A DNA stretch of 64,000 nucleotides from NCBI GenBank assembly GCA_963748625.1, contig CAVVJT010000004.1, forward strand, positions 480,001 to 544,000, given 5' to 3'. Under the pieces are notes generated by a model that was not told the origin of the DNA, did not search any database, and worked only from the letters and a program-made list of their open reading frames with translations. This document shows, piece after piece, positions 9,114-19,248 of this stretch (position 1 is its first letter; each line of letters starts with the position of its first letter). The stretch is from an uncultured Chloroflexia bacterium. GTDB taxonomy: Bacteria; Chloroflexota; Limnocylindria; Limnocylindrales; CSP1-4. The translations under genes and the position numbers were made by a program.

Positions 9114-11414
9114 TCATGGCTCGATCACGTGGGTGCAGAGCGTCCAGTCCAAACTCTGCTCCTTGTAGACCGGCAGAACCATCTCGGCGCGTCCAAGCTC
9201 GACCGGGCTCGCGCCACCGGTGTCCGAGACGATCACGGTGATCCTCGCGTTCCGTTCCGCATCCCATGCATGCGCCGCCGACGACTGCAACGGAGCCGTG
9301 AACGGGGCCGCGTACGACTCAGCACGCCCTGGCCCCTCGCCGAAGTCCCATGCGAACCCAACCTGCTTGACCGTGGGCGGCACTCCGGACGCAATCGCCC
9401 GGTAGGTGTACTCGATGTCCACGAGCGGGCAGGCTTCGGTCACCGGCTCGAAAGTCAGCTTCACGCCCCCGCGGGTGACGCTGATGCGCACGAAGTCCAC
9501 GTAGGCCCACGTGTTGCCCTTCTTGCCGTACACGAGGAACCCAAGGGCGTTCTCACCGGGCTCGAGGTCGACCGTCTGCTGCCAGGCCCAACCCCCGAGC
9601 GGCCGGGTGCCGGTCCCCCGGAAGACCAGGATCTGCGTCGCGCCGCCATCGGCCAGCTTGGTCACCTGGACCTTCAGCTTCGCGTCGGGGGTCACGTGGC
9701 CGTCCTTCAGCTCGACCCATGTGTCATTGCCCGCCTCGTCCTTGCCCGCCACGGTCCAGAGCTCGAAGTACGGGTAGGCCCTGGTGCCGGCCTCGTTCCG
9801 CTCGAACTCGGCCCAGCGGTCTGCCACCCAGGCCTCGGTCTTGGACGCAACCCACGGAACGTAGGCGAAGCGCGTGTAGGACTTCGTGCCGGCCTGCCCG
9901 ATGGAGGTCGCGCTGTCGCCCGAGCTGTACGGGGCGAGCTTGCCCGTGGCACCGTCGTACGGGATCGAGCGCAGCCTGCCCGGGTAGTTGGGATCCGCGA
10001 CGTACAGGCGGGTGGGCGTGACCCGGTACACGATCATCGTGTGACCGCCATCACCAGGGGCTGGGCTGATCCGGATCATCTGGGGCGAGCCGCCCAGCGC
10101 GATGGCCGCCCGGAAGCCGGCGATCGTCGCGCGCGCGTCAGCCGCGTCCCACTGCGGATCGCGGATGGCGAGATAGGCGGTCGTGTCGGCAATCCCGGCG
10201 GCGTGCACGCTTCCGACATAGCGGTAGCCGTCGGAGTCGTCCTGCCAGAACGTCGGCGTCTTCGCCGGAGCGCCGTTGTTGTCGTACAGCCCGTACAGGG
10301 GCGACGCCCCCGCCCCCAGCCGCTGGCGCAGGTAGTACCAGATCTCGGTGATCGACTGGCCCTCGCACTGGCCGTCGGGCGCCACATACGAGCCATAGTT
10401 CGCGAACTGCCAGTCGTCCCGTCCCGGCCGGAAGCCCGAGTCGACGGTGGCCGGGATCCGCGTGAAGTCGACAAGCGCCCCGAAGATGTCCGAGAAGTGG
10501 GGCGCGAGGACAGTGAGCGTTCCATCGGCGGCCGCCACCGTCGTCAGGGGGGAGAGGTCGCCCGTGGCCGGATCGCGGGAGAAGGCCATCGGCAGCGTCT
10601 CAGCAGGCAGCGGGTCCGGCATGGGCATGGCAAGCACCACGCGCGCGGGTGACGCGAGATCGGCATCGCCTGTCGAGACCGAGAACAGCGGCGTCATCGG
10701 TGTGATCGCACCGCCGTAGGCGTCGGGTGCCGCGAGGCCGTCGATGGGAACGGGTGTCACGGTGAAGGTCGTATCCCCTGTGACAGCGCCCGGCCCCAGC
10801 GTGATCGAGATCCCGGGAGCCTCGACGACGCCCCCTCCCGGGCCCACCGCCACCGACGTGGGACTGCCGGGCGGGCCCAGCGCGACGTTGCCGCGCAGTG
10901 GTTCCGTGGTCTCGGGGGCTGGAACAAGCTCGTCCTCCGGGGCGGGCAGCTCGCCGGGCAGGGGCCCCGGTGTCCCCTCGGCGTCATCGCCTGGTCCCGG
11001 CGTCCGTTCTCCGGTCCAGAGCGGACCTGCGGCCTGGGGTGTGGCGACCGGCGGCGTTGGCGCGGCGGCCTGGCCCGAGGCACCGGGGCCGCCAGACGGC
11101 GTGGCCTGCGCCACGCCCTGTCCAGCGTCGCTCCCAACACCGGACCGGTCCAGCAGGAGGTACGCGCCGCCAATGCCGCCGGCGAGCAGGACGACGATGG
11201 CGAGCAGGATGGCCAGACGGCCACCCCGACCACCGGCTGGGGAGACCGGTGCCACGGCTGGTCCCGGTGCCACGGCTGGTCCCGGTGCCACGGCTGGTCC
11301 CGGTGCCGCTGCCGGCCGCTGGGGCAGGGCTTGGCCGCAGGAGCCGCAGTAGGCCGCCGACGGTCCGACGCGGCCGCCGCACCACGGACAGAACGTCCGG
11401 CCCCCGCCACCCAT
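9114..11414 (-). CDS. Zinc-ribbon / TM protein with ZU5-like HFS region, papain-like Cys-His-Asp domain and PKD-like C-terminus
   Basis: FCPWCGG..YCGSCG; TM LAILLAIVVLLAGGIGGAYLLL; LTVLAPHFS; DWQFANYGS..GQCEG, GGHTMIVY, LYVADPNYP; FAWDFGEG. Start codon inferred. Confidence 0.75.
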   Translation of the reverse strand: MGGGGRTFCPWCGGRVGPSAAYCGSCGQALPQRPAAAPGPAVAPGPAVAPGPAVAPVSPAGGRGGRLAILLAIVVLLAGGIGGAYLLLDRSGVGSDAGQGVAQATPSGGPGASGQAAAPTPPVATPQAAGPLWTGERTPGPGDDAEGTPGPLPGELPAPEDELVPAPETTEPLRGNVALGPPGSPTSVAVGPGGGVVEAPGISITLGPGAVTGDTTFTVTPVPIDGLAAPDAYGGAITPMTPLFSVSTGDADLASPARVVLAMPMPDPLPAETLPMAFSRDPATGDLSPLTTVAAADGTLTVLAPHFSDIFGALVDFTRIPATVDSGFRPGRDDWQFANYGSYVAPDGQCEGQSITEIWYYLRQRLGAGASPLYGLYDNNGAPAKTPTFWQDDSDGYRYVGSVHAAGIADTTAYLAIRDPQWDAADARATIAGFRAAIALGGSPQMIRISPAPGDGGHTMIVYRVTPTRLYVADPNYPGRLRSIPYDGATGKLAPYSSGDSATSIGQAGTKSYTRFAYVPWVASKTEAWVADRWAEFERNEAGTRAYPYFELWTVAGKDEAGNDTWVELKDGHVTPDAKLKVQVTKLADGGATQILVFRGTGTRPLGGWAWQQTVDLEPGENALGFLVYGKKGNTWAYVDFVRISVTRGGVKLTFEPVTEACPLVDIEYTYRAIASGVPPTVKQVGFAWDFGEGPGRAESYAAPFTAPLQSSAAHAWDAERNARITVIVSDTGGASPVELGRAEMVLPVYKEQSLDWTLCTHVIEP

Positions 11415-11500
11415 CGATCGCCCTCCGGTGCAACTCCCAGGCTCCGCCGACGGGCGAACCGGCGGCGTGACGAGTCTCGGCGGCTGCCACCCTTCGCGAC

Positions 11501-11516
11501 AGGGCCGGTCCGCACA
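11501..11516 (+). promoter_or_regulatory. DosR/OsdR-like box upstream of the ywiC-like operon
   Basis: AGGGCCGGTCCGCACA, 13/16 to AGGGCCGGTCGGCCCT; second half-site AGGGCCG at 11523. Confidence 0.4.
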
Positions 11517-11583
11517 TCCGTGAGGGCCGAGCGTGACGTCCCGGCAGGCAGACATGACGGCAGACCCGCGCTACGGTACGCGC

Positions 11584-12372
11584 ATGACCGCCGTCCCCCA
11601 CCCCGGGACCCGAGCCGCCACCCCCGCCCACCGGACCTGGATCCCACGCCAGCACGGTGCGTGGGCGATGCTCCTGCTGCCCGTGGTGCTCGGCGTGGCG
11701 GCCTCGGAGCCGGACCCGTGGCAGCTCGTCGTGGCCGGCGTGGCCCTCGCGGCCTACCTCGCCTCGGCCACGGTCCAGACCTGGTCCCGGTCCCGCCGCC
11801 AGCCCGCCTACCGGGCGCCGATCATCGTCTACTCCGTCACAGCGGTCGTGCTCGGCGCCCTGCTCCTCGTGGCGTTCCCGCCGCTCGCCCTGTGCGGGCT
11901 CGTGGTGGTCCCGGCCGGGATCCTCGTCTTCCGCGGCGCCCAGCCCGGCACCCGCCGCGACCTTGTCAACAGCTTCGCCCAGGTCGCCCAGTCACTCGTC
12001 CTGGTGCCGGCCACCGCGTACGTCTCGGGTGCGTTCACCACAGGTGACGTGGTTGCCTACACGCTGGTCGCGGCCGCCTACCAGGTGGGTGTCGTGCTGG
12101 TCGTCAGGAGCGTCCTGCGCGAGCGGGGCAACGCCTCGTTCCGCAGGCTGTCGGCCGGATTCCACGCCGGAGTCGTCGTGGCGGCCGCCATCGCCCTCCC
12201 GCCCGCGTACGTCCTCGTGGCCCTTGGGCTGCTCGCCCGCGCCGTCGTGCTTCCCATCGAGCAGCGGCGCCTCGCGCATGGGCCCACGCCGCTCAAGCCC
12301 GTGCATGTCGGGGTCGTGGAGATCGCGGCCTCGCTGTCGGTGGCGATCGTGTCGCTCGGGGTGCCGCTATGA
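11584..12372 (+). CDS. YwiC-like family membrane protein
   Basis: WIPRQHGAWAMLLLP signature, multiple TMs, C-terminal VGVVEI. Confidence 0.88.
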   Translation: MTAVPHPGTRAATPAHRTWIPRQHGAWAMLLLPVVLGVAASEPDPWQLVVAGVALAAYLASATVQTWSRSRRQPAYRAPIIVYSVTAVVLGALLLVAFPPLALCGLVVVPAGILVFRGAQPGTRRDLVNSFAQVAQSLVLVPATAYVSGAFTTGDVVAYTLVAAAYQVGVVLVVRSVLRERGNASFRRLSAGFHAGVVVAAAIALPPAYVLVALGLLARAVVLPIEQRRLAHGPTPLKPVHVGVVEIAASLSVAIVSLGVPL

Positions 12373-14660
12373 CGTCCGTCGACCCAGAGCCCCTCGCCGA
12401 CGTCGCCGGCACCCGCGCCCAGGCCGACGTCGCCGCCACCGTCCGTTCGCTCGTCGCCGGGGCCCGCGCCGACGGACGCCGCACCCTCTCCGAGCCCGAA
12501 GGCCTCGCACTGCTTGAGGCGGCAGGGATCGCCGTGCCCCGCTGGCTGGAGGTCGCCAACGAGCACGATGTGACCGACACGCTCCTCGAGCGGCTGTCGG
12601 GCGACCGGGTTGTCGTCAAGGTCGTCGCGCCTGCGATCGCCCACAAGACCGACGTCGGCGGTGTCGCCATCGTCCCGCGCACGCGGGCCGCCGTTGCGGA
12701 GGCCGTCGCGCGGATGCGCCATCGTCTGGACGACGCCACCGGCTTCACCGTGGCCGAGTTCGTCCGCCACGAGACCGGCCCAGCGGGTGAGCTGCTGCTC
12801 TCTCTGCGCTGGACCGACGATGCCGGCCCCGTCGTGAGCGTCGGGGCTGGCGGCATCCTCACGGAGGCGCTGTCGGCCGACCTGCGTCCCGGTCGCGAGA
12901 TCGCCGTGGTGTCCCCGTCACTGACGCGGGGCCCGGCGGCCATCGCCGCGGCCATTGCACCCGCCACCGCTGTCCGGCTCGCCACGACCTCCCAGCGCGG
13001 CCAGCCACCTGCGACGTCGGAGGCGGCCGTCGCGAGCACCGTGCAGCGCCTCCTCGCGCTCGCGCCGCTGGTCCCCGAGGACCTGCTCGAGGTCGAAGTC
13101 AACCCCGCGGCGGTCACCGCCGACGGCCTCGTCGCCCTCGACGTGCTGGTCACCATCGGCGACGGCCCCCTCCCTGTGCGTCCGCCGCGGCCCGTGGCCG
13201 CCATCGCCCGGCTCCTCGAGCCCCGCTCGATCGGCGTGGTAGGGGTGTCGTCCGGCATGAATGCCGGGCGGGTGATCCTGCGCAACATCCTGCGCGAAGG
13301 CTTCGACCCGGCACAGGTGGTGGTCGTGAAGCCCGGGATCGACATGATCGACGGGGTGCGCTGCGTGCCGGACCTCGCAGCGCTGCGGGAGAAGGTGGAC
13401 CTCCTCGTGGTCGTCCTCCCGGCAGCCCACACGCCCGGCTTCGTCGCGGAGGCCGTGGAGCGGGACCTTGCCGCGAGCCTCATCGTCATCCCGGGCGGGC
13501 TCGAGGAGAAGGAGGGCGGGGGCGAGCTCGCGGCCCGGATGCGAACCGCCCTGTGGGCGAGCCGGAGCCGGCCTGATGGCGGACCCGTGGTCAATGGCGG
13601 CAACTGCCTCGGGATCCGGTCACGACCTGGCCGCTACGACACCCTCTTCATCCCCCAGGTCAAGCTGCCGCCGGGCTCCATACCGTCGTCCATCGCGCTG
13701 GTCACCGGCAGCGGTGCCTTCGCGATCACCCGCCTCTCGCGCCTTGCCCCGCTCGACCCCCGGTACGTGATCACCATCGGCAACCAGACCGACCTCACCG
13801 CGGGCGACTTCCTGGCCCACCTCGCGGACGATGCGTCGGTCCGCACCATCGGTGTCTACGTGGAGGGATTCACCCGCCTCGACGGCCTGCGCTTCATGGA
13901 GGCCGCCGCGCGGATCACCGCGGAGGGCCGGACGGTGATCCTGTACCGGGCAGGTCGTACCGCGGCCGGAGCGAGCGCGTCGGCAGGTCACACCGCGGCG
14001 ATCGCCGGCGATGCCACCGTCACCCGCGAGCTCGCGAGGGCCGCGGGCGTGACCGTTGCCACCACGCCCGGCGACTTCGACGACCTGCTGCGCACGTTCG
14101 CGCTGCTTGACGGGCGGCCCGCGCGAGGATGGGGGCTGGGCGCCCTCTCCAACGCCGGCTCGGAGTGTGTGACCATCGCCGATCATGCTGGCAGGCTGGA
14201 GCTCCCGCGCTTCGCGCCGGCCACGGAGGCGGCCTTGGCCGGAATCCTCTCCCCAGCCGGGATCGGCGCGGTCGTGGACATCCACAACCCGCTGGACCTC
14301 ACCCCCATCGCCGACGCCGAGGTCACCACGGCGGCGGCCCGCGCCGTCCTGGAGGCCGCCGAGGTGGACGTGGGCATCCTCGGCCTCGTGCCGATGACCG
14401 ACACGCTCGAGACGCTCCCCGCCGGCCCGGGACACAACGAGGACATGGACCGGGCCGATGCGATCGCAGCACGCCTGGCCGATCTCTGGCGGACCACGAC
14501 GAAGCCGTGGGTGGTGGTCGTGGACGCGGGATCCGTCTACGCTCCATGGGTCGCGCGACTCCGCGAGCACGGACTGCCGGTCCTCGACACGGCCGACGCG
14601 GCCACCCGCGTGCTCGAGGCCTGGTGCGCGGCCACCGTGCCCCAGCCCCCGCCCAGCTGA
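12369..14660 (+). CDS. Acetate/acyl-CoA ligase (ADP-forming), fused with ATP-grasp (beta) domain first
   Basis: LSEPEG..HKTDVGGV..EVEVNP (beta), then LLEPRSIGVVGVS, GGNCLGI, SAGHTAAIAG (phospho-His), HNPLDLT; ATGA overlap with ywiC. Confidence 0.88.
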   Translation: MTSVDPEPLADVAGTRAQADVAATVRSLVAGARADGRRTLSEPEGLALLEAAGIAVPRWLEVANEHDVTDTLLERLSGDRVVVKVVAPAIAHKTDVGGVAIVPRTRAAVAEAVARMRHRLDDATGFTVAEFVRHETGPAGELLLSLRWTDDAGPVVSVGAGGILTEALSADLRPGREIAVVSPSLTRGPAAIAAAIAPATAVRLATTSQRGQPPATSEAAVASTVQRLLALAPLVPEDLLEVEVNPAAVTADGLVALDVLVTIGDGPLPVRPPRPVAAIARLLEPRSIGVVGVSSGMNAGRVILRNILREGFDPAQVVVVKPGIDMIDGVRCVPDLAALREKVDLLVVVLPAAHTPGFVAEAVERDLAASLIVIPGGLEEKEGGGELAARMRTALWASRSRPDGGPVVNGGNCLGIRSRPGRYDTLFIPQVKLPPGSIPSSIALVTGSGAFAITRLSRLAPLDPRYVITIGNQTDLTAGDFLAHLADDASVRTIGVYVEGFTRLDGLRFMEAAARITAEGRTVILYRAGRTAAGASASAGHTAAIAGDATVTRELARAAGVTVATTPGDFDDLLRTFALLDGRPARGWGLGALSNAGSECVTIADHAGRLELPRFAPATEAALAGILSPAGIGAVVDIHNPLDLTPIADAEVTTAAARAVLEAAEVDVGILGLVPMTDTLETLPAGPGHNEDMDRADAIAARLADLWRTTTKPWVVVVDAGSVYAPWVARLREHGLPVLDTADAATRVLEAWCAATVPQPPPS

Positions 14661-14698
14661 CGCCCATCCGACGCCGACACGAACGAGGTCACCAACCC

Positions 14699-15010
14699 AT
14701 GGCGCACGTCTACCTCGCCAGCCTCCGCGACGAGATCGAGGTGCCGTCCAACGGCATCCTCTCGCGAACCGTGCACGAGGACGACCGGATCACGCTGGTC
14801 CTGTTCGGCTTCGACACCGGCCAGGAGCTCTCCGAGCACACCTCGAGCCGGGCCGCGCTCATCGAGGTCCTCGACGGCACCGCCACCATCACGCTCGATG
14901 GCGAGCTCCGTGAGGCCGGTCCCGGGACCTGGATCGCGATGCCGCCGGGCATGCGCCACGCGATCCGGGCGACCACGCCCCTGGTGATGGCGCTCACTCT
15001 TCTCAAGTAG
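14699..15010 (+). CDS. Cupin domain protein
   Basis: LFGFDTGQELSEHT..EVLDG..MPPGMRHAIRA; RBS gagg. Confidence 0.9.
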   Translation: MAHVYLASLRDEIEVPSNGILSRTVHEDDRITLVLFGFDTGQELSEHTSSRAALIEVLDGTATITLDGELREAGPGTWIAMPPGMRHAIRATTPLVMALTLLK

Positions 15011-15014
15011 GCCG

Positions 15015-15350
15015 TCAGCGATCCAGGGCCGCCTGTGCCAGGACCGCGGTCCGCGCATCCCCTGTCGCACCGAGACGGGCGACGATCCGCATCCGCATCA
15101 GCATCTGCTGCATGGGCGGCCCCATGTGGCCCGCGACGACGACCTCCACGCCGTGGTCCTTGAGGAAGGTCGCGACCCGGGCATGGTGGCCACCCTCGGC
15201 GCTGACGTCGTGGAGGGCGTCCCAGCGCACGTCGTGCTCCGTCCATGCCGTGATTGCACCGTTGTGCAGGTCGGCCACGGCCACCCGCTCCGCCCGACCC
15301 CAGCCATCGCCCACCTGGCCGTCGGGGCTCACGGGCACGCACACGATCAT
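15015..15350 (-). CDS. NifB/NifX-like (Fe-Mo cofactor-binding fold) protein
   Basis: MIVCVPV..GWGRAERVAVA..HHARVATFLKDHGVEVVVAGHMGPPM; RBS ggagg. Confidence 0.8.
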   Translation of the reverse strand: MIVCVPVSPDGQVGDGWGRAERVAVADLHNGAITAWTEHDVRWDALHDVSAEGGHHARVATFLKDHGVEVVVAGHMGPPMQQMLMRMRIVARLGATGDARTAVLAQAALDR

Positions 15351-15453
15351 CAACCGGCCTCCTGCAAATCGAGCTTTTGTCACCGGCCACGAGCGTAGAA
15401 CGTCCGACCCTGTCGCGTGGTCCCGGCCTTCGAACGCCATCCGGCCCCTATGC

Positions 15454-15469
15454 AGGGCCGGTCGGGCCT
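15454..15469. promoter_or_regulatory. DosR/OsdR-like box between the NifX-like gene and nifJ
   Basis: AGGGCCGGTCGGGCCT, 15/16 to AGGGCCGGTCGGCCCT. Confidence 0.55.
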
Positions 15470-15618
15470 GCACTAGGGGTCCCTCCGGCCGCGTCGGGTT
15501 GTTCCCTGGGGGCGACAATGGCGGGGAACAGCGCGGACGCCTGGCGTTCGTGCGCGTCCCGAACCGCCACCCCCACGGAGGGGTGGCCCGGCTTGGCCCG
15601 AAAGGAAGCAGCACGCCG

Positions 15619-18600
15619 ATGGATCAGCACTGGGAGTGCCTCGACGGCAACGAGGCCGCAGCGCGCGTCGCGTACGCGTACAGCGAGGTCATCTCGATCT
15701 ACCCGATCACGCCGGCCTCGCCGATGGCCGAGTATTGCGACGACTGGTCGGCCGCGAGCAAGCCGAACCTGTTCGGCACCGTACCGTCCGTGGTCGAGAT
15801 GCAGTCCGAGGCAGGCGCCGCGGGCGCCGTCCACGGATCGTTGCAGAAGGGTGCCTTCACGACGACGTTCACCGCGTCGCAGGGCCTCCTCCTGATGATC
15901 CCGAACATGTTCAAGATCGCGGGCGAGCTCACGCCGGCGGTCATCCACGTCGCGGCACGCACGCTCGCGACCCATGCCCTCTCGATCTTCGGCGACCACA
16001 GCGACGTCATGCACGCCCGGGCAACCGGCTGGGCGATGCTCGCCGCCGGGTCGGTCCAGGAGTCCCACGACTTCGCCGCGGTCGCCCATGCGGCCACGCT
16101 GCGCGCCCGCGTTCCGTTCCTCCACTTCTTCGACGGCTTCCGGACCAGCCACGAGGTCAACAAGATCTCGACGCTGCCGGCGTCCACGCTGAAGGCCCTG
16201 ATCCGCGAGGACGACATCCTCGCCTTCCGCAACCGCGGCCTCACGTCCGAGGCGCCCGTGGTCCGCGGCACCGCCCAGAACCCCGATGTCTTCTTCCAGG
16301 CCCGTGAGGCCTGCAACCTGTACCACGACGCCGTCCCGGGCATCGTGCAGGAGGTCTTCGACGAGTTCGCCGAGCTCACCGGCCGCAAGTACGCGCTGGT
16401 GGAGTACCAGGGCGCGCCCGACGCCGACCGCGTGGTCGTCGTCATGGGCTCCGGCGTCGGCGCCGTCGAGGAGTCGGTCGAGACGATGACGGCCGCCGGC
16501 GAGAAGGTCGGCATGATCGTCATCCGGCTCTTCCAGCCGTTCCCCGCCGCACAGCTCATCGCGGCCCTGCCGAAGACCACCAAGGCGATCGCGGTCCTCG
16601 ATCGGACCAAGGAGCCGGGCGCCGTCGGCGAGCCGATGTACCAGGCCGTCGTCACCGCGCTGACGGAGGCGATGGACGCCGACGACGCGCCGTTCGCGGC
16701 GATGCCGAAGATCACCGGCGGCCGCTACGGCCTCTCCTCGAAGGAGTTCACGCCGGCGATGGTCAAGCCGGTGTTCGACGAGCTCCTGGCCGCCAGGCCG
16801 AAGCGCCACTTCACCGTCGGCATCTACGACGACGTGACACACCTCTCACTGCCGATCAGCTCCACGTTCCGCTTCCCCCGCCCGCAGGGCGAGGTCCAGG
16901 CGCTGTTCTACGGCCTCGGCTCGGACGGCACCGTCGGCGCGAACAAGAGCTCGGTCAAGATCATCGGCGAGGACACCGACCTCTTCGCCCAGGGCTACTT
17001 CGTCTACGACAGCAAGAAGTCGGGCTCGGTCACGTCCTCACATCTGCGCTTCGGCCCCAAGCCGATCCGGTCCACGTACCTGATCGACGAGGCGGACTTC
17101 GTCGCCTGCCACCAGTTCGGGCTGCTGCAGAGCGTCAAGGTCCTCGACCACGCGAAGCGCGGCGCCACGTTCCTCCTCAACAGCCCCTACGGGCCCGATG
17201 AGGTCTGGGAGGCGCTGCCCCCCGAGATCCAGCAGAAGCTTGTCGAGAAGCAGATCGACTTCTGGGTGATCGACGCGATGGCGGTCGCCGCCGAGACCGG
17301 CATGGGCAACCGCATCAACACGATCATGCAGCCGGCGTTCTTCCACCTCTCGGGTGTGCTGCCCGCCGAGGAGGCGATCCCGGCGATCAAGAAGTTCGTC
17401 AAGAAGACCTACGGCAAGCGCGGCGACGCCGTCGTCGAGCGCAACAACGCCGCCATCGACGCCTCGATCGCGCGGCTCCGGAAGGTGGAGCTGCGGCCGG
17501 TGGGCGAGGGCGTCGCCCTGCGTGCGATCGTCCCGGATCATGCGCCGGACTTCGTGCAGACCGTCACCGCCCGCCTGATGGCCGGCGATGGCGACCTGCT
17601 CCCGGTGAGCGCGCTGCCGGTCGATGGCACCTTCCCGACCGGGACCACCAAGTGGGAGAAGCGGGCCATCGCCCCGTCGATCCCCGTGTGGGACGAGGCG
17701 ATCTGCATCGACTGTGGCAAGTGCGCCATGGTCTGCCCGCATGCCTCGATCCGCATGAAGGTCTACCCGGACGCGCAGGTGGTGGACGGGCTGCCCTCCA
17801 AGGAGTTCAAGTCCCGCGACCTGCCCGGGCACAAGATCACGATCCAGGTCTCGCCCGACGACTGCACCGGGTGCGGCGTGTGCGTGGACGTCTGCCCCGC
17901 CAAGAGCAAGACCGACGTCGGCCACAAGGCCATCAACATGGTCCCGTACCTCGACCACCGCGATGTCGAGCGCGAGCGCTGGGCGGCCTTCGAGACCGTC
18001 CCGCAGCTCGACCGGAGCGCCCTCCCGCACGACACCGTCAAGGGCGCAGCAAGCCTCGAGCCCCTGTTCGAGTACAGCGGCGCGTGTGCGGGCTGCGGCG
18101 AGACGCCATACATCCGCCTGGTCACCCAGCTCTTCGGCGACCGCATGGTCGTGGCCAACGCCACCGGGTGCTCCAGCATCTACGGCGCCAACCTGCCGAC
18201 CACCCCGTACACGACCAACGCCGCGGGCCGCGGGCCGGCCTGGGCGAACAGCCTCTTCGAGGACAACGCCGAGTTCGGACTCGGGATGCGGCTCGCGCTC
18301 GACGCGCAGACGTCGTACGCCCGGGTCCTCCTCGACCGCCTCGCCGACACCGTCGGCAAGGACCTCGCCGACGGGATCCTCGCCAACGAGCAGGAGACCG
18401 AGCCCGCGATCGAGGCCCAGAAGGCCCTCGTCGCCCGGCTCCGGGAGAAGCTCGCCGGCGTGGACAGTGAGGACGCCCGCCAGCTCCTCGCGCTTTCCAC
18501 GGACCTCGTCAAGCAGGGCGTCTGGATCTTCGGCGGTGACGGCTGGGCCTACGACATCGGCTACGGCGGTCTGGACCAGGTCCTCTCGTCCGGGCGCAAC

Positions 18601-19248
18601 GTCAACATCCTCGTCCTCGACACCGAGGTCTACTCCAACACCGGCGGCCAGGCCTCAAAGGCCACCCCGCGCGGCGCGGTCGCGAAGTTCGCGGCGGCCG
18701 GCAAGCCGACCGGCAAGAAGGATCTCGGCGCCGTCGCACGGGCGTACGGCAACGTGTTCGTCGCCCAGATCAGCCTCGGCGCCAACGACGCTCAGACGAT
18801 CAAGGCCCTCCTCGAGGCCGAGGCGTGGCCGGGGCCGAGTCTCGTGATCGCCTACGCGACCTGCATCGCGCACGGCATCGACATGAGCCGCTCGATGAGC
18901 CACCAGAAGGACGCGGTGAAGTCCGGCTACTGGCCGCTCTACCGCTTCCAGCCCACGGAGGTGGAGTCCGGACAGCCGTTCAAGCTGGACTCGGCCAAAC
19001 CCAGCATCCCGATCAAGGACTTCGTGTCGACCGAGACGCGGTTCGCGATCCTCGAGCGGACGAACCCGGAGAAGGCGGCCGAGCTGGCCGAGCTCATCCA
19101 GGCCGACGCCGACGAGAAGTGGCGCTACTACGAGCAGCTGGCCGGCATGCACCGCGCCGTGCCGCACCTGCATGCGGCCGAGTCGGAGGCTGTCGAGGCG
19201 GCAACGGCCGGCGCGAACGGCAACGGCACGCAGGGAGGTGAGGCATGA
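15619..19248 (+). CDS. nifJ: Pyruvate:ferredoxin (flavodoxin) oxidoreductase
   Basis: DGNEAAA, YPITPAS, EMQSEAGAAG, two CxxCxxCxxxCP ferredoxin motifs, GACAGCGETPY, GGDGWAYDIG. Confidence 0.97.
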   Translation: MDQHWECLDGNEAAARVAYAYSEVISIYPITPASPMAEYCDDWSAASKPNLFGTVPSVVEMQSEAGAAGAVHGSLQKGAFTTTFTASQGLLLMIPNMFKIAGELTPAVIHVAARTLATHALSIFGDHSDVMHARATGWAMLAAGSVQESHDFAAVAHAATLRARVPFLHFFDGFRTSHEVNKISTLPASTLKALIREDDILAFRNRGLTSEAPVVRGTAQNPDVFFQAREACNLYHDAVPGIVQEVFDEFAELTGRKYALVEYQGAPDADRVVVVMGSGVGAVEESVETMTAAGEKVGMIVIRLFQPFPAAQLIAALPKTTKAIAVLDRTKEPGAVGEPMYQAVVTALTEAMDADDAPFAAMPKITGGRYGLSSKEFTPAMVKPVFDELLAARPKRHFTVGIYDDVTHLSLPISSTFRFPRPQGEVQALFYGLGSDGTVGANKSSVKIIGEDTDLFAQGYFVYDSKKSGSVTSSHLRFGPKPIRSTYLIDEADFVACHQFGLLQSVKVLDHAKRGATFLLNSPYGPDEVWEALPPEIQQKLVEKQIDFWVIDAMAVAAETGMGNRINTIMQPAFFHLSGVLPAEEAIPAIKKFVKKTYGKRGDAVVERNNAAIDASIARLRKVELRPVGEGVALRAIVPDHAPDFVQTVTARLMAGDGDLLPVSALPVDGTFPTGTTKWEKRAIAPSIPVWDEAICIDCGKCAMVCPHASIRMKVYPDAQVVDGLPSKEFKSRDLPGHKITIQVSPDDCTGCGVCVDVCPAKSKTDVGHKAINMVPYLDHRDVERERWAAFETVPQLDRSALPHDTVKGAASLEPLFEYSGACAGCGETPYIRLVTQLFGDRMVVANATGCSSIYGANLPTTPYTTNAAGRGPAWANSLFEDNAEFGLGMRLALDAQTSYARVLLDRLADTVGKDLADGILANEQETEPAIEAQKALVARLREKLAGVDSEDARQLLALSTDLVKQGVWIFGGDGWAYDIGYGGLDQVLSSGRNVNILVLDTEVYSNTGGQASKATPRGAVAKFAAAGKPTGKKDLGAVARAYGNVFVAQISLGANDAQTIKALLEAEAWPGPSLVIAYATCIAHGIDMSRSMSHQKDAVKSGYWPLYRFQPTEVESGQPFKLDSAKPSIPIKDFVSTETRFAILERTNPEKAAELAELIQADADEKWRYYEQLAGMHRAVPHLHAAESEAVEAATAGANGNGTQGGEA

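Noticed and set aside
15015-19248. Nitrogen fixation cluster
   Set aside because: NifX-like and nifJ genes are widespread outside diazotrophs; no nifHDK.
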